Source: Candidatus Hadarchaeales archaeon (GTDB taxonomy: Archaea > Hadarchaeota > Hadarchaeia > Hadarchaeales > Hadarchaeaceae). Taken from it: DNA of 32,000 nucleotides. This document shows positions 31,851 through 32,000 of the stretch, piece after piece. Made by a program: the position numbers and the translations under genes. The DNA lies in the NCBI GenBank assembly GCA_038823825.1, contig JAWBCC010000002.1, positions 150,001-182,000 of the forward strand, in the 5' to 3' direction. Numbering within the stretch: the first letter of the stretch is position 1; every line of letters begins with the position of its first letter. The notes below the pieces were generated by a model. The model did no database searches. It was not told the origin of the DNA and was given only the letters and a program-made list of their open reading frames with translations.

Positions 31851-32000
31851 ATGAAGTACATTGTGATTGTCGGCGACGGGATGGCTGATTATCCGGTGGA
31901 AAAACACGGTGGAAAAACTCCGCTTGAAACAGCGAACAAACCGAATATAGACATGCTTGCGAAGCTCGGAAGACTTGGTATCATAAAAACAGTCCCCGAT
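31851..32000 (+). CDS. apgM: 2,3-bisphosphoglycerate-independent phosphoglycerate mutase, archaeal type (5' partial, runs off window)
   Basis: My manual translation: MKYIVIVGDGMADYPVEKHGGKTPLETANKPNIDMLAKLGRLGIIKTVPD. It matches the COG3635/ApgM N-terminus (i.i.DGmaD.p...l.GkTPLe.A.tPn.D.lA..G..G). ATG is preceded by GGTGG. Confidence 0.7.
   Translation, partial: MKYIVIVGDGMADYPVEKHGGKTPLETANKPNIDMLAKLGRLGIIKTVPD

Noticed and set aside
1-32000. Search by eye for CRISPR repeats, rRNA, IS elements or transposases, integrases, toxin-antitoxin pairs and known defence-system genes.
   Set aside because: I saw no regularly spaced direct repeats, no rRNA-like sequence, and no ORF with transposase, integrase, Cas or nuclease-helicase defence signatures. 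A computational repeat search could still find short or degenerate repeats that I missed.

Overview
Archaeal chromosomal segment. The archaeal origin is shown by TFB, RadA, Gar1, ribosomal protein eS8, an archaeal-type ProRS, pantoate kinase, an archaeal PPAT, an STT3/AglB-like glycosyltransferase and an archaetidylinositol-phosphate-synthase-like CDP-alcohol transferase. Proteins are rich in E/K/I/V, which looks thermophile-like. The window is gene-dense and mostly housekeeping. I support about 40 CDS, 4 tRNAs (Pro-UGG, Arg-CCU, Glu-CUC, Leu-UAA), one frameshifted pseudogene, several TATA-box promoters placed for leaderless or near-leaderless mRNAs, and two hairpin plus oligo-T terminators. 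Main blocks: (i) a long minus-strand array at 2.8-9.3 kb chaining NAD salvage (pncA-pncB), proline synthesis (proB-proA) and archaeal CoA synthesis (PPAT, CoaBC, pantoate kinase) through overlapping stop/start codons; (ii) proS and an inositol-phospholipid module (PfkB kinase, myo-inositol-1-phosphate synthase, PadR regulator, CDP-alcohol transferase); (iii) hisS coupled to an STT3/AglB-like membrane glycosyltransferase with a degenerate WWDYG motif; (iv) a three-tRNA stretch at 20.1-22.2 kb enclosing an AT-rich two-gene cassette of unknown function and a frameshifted pyrimidine-dimer glycosylase; (v) a CBS protein plus a CPA2 antiporter; (vi) an Smc-ScpA-ScpB operon whose SMC is only about 740-750 aa and appears to lack a hinge domain, the most unusual feature here; (vii) eS8, DUF488, an unknown 270-aa protein, Gar1-TFB, RadA, and the 5' end of an archaeal-type phosphoglycerate mutase. 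I found no CRISPR array, rRNA, transposase or integrase. All functional calls come from by-eye motif and family recognition on the supplied translations. No database search was run.
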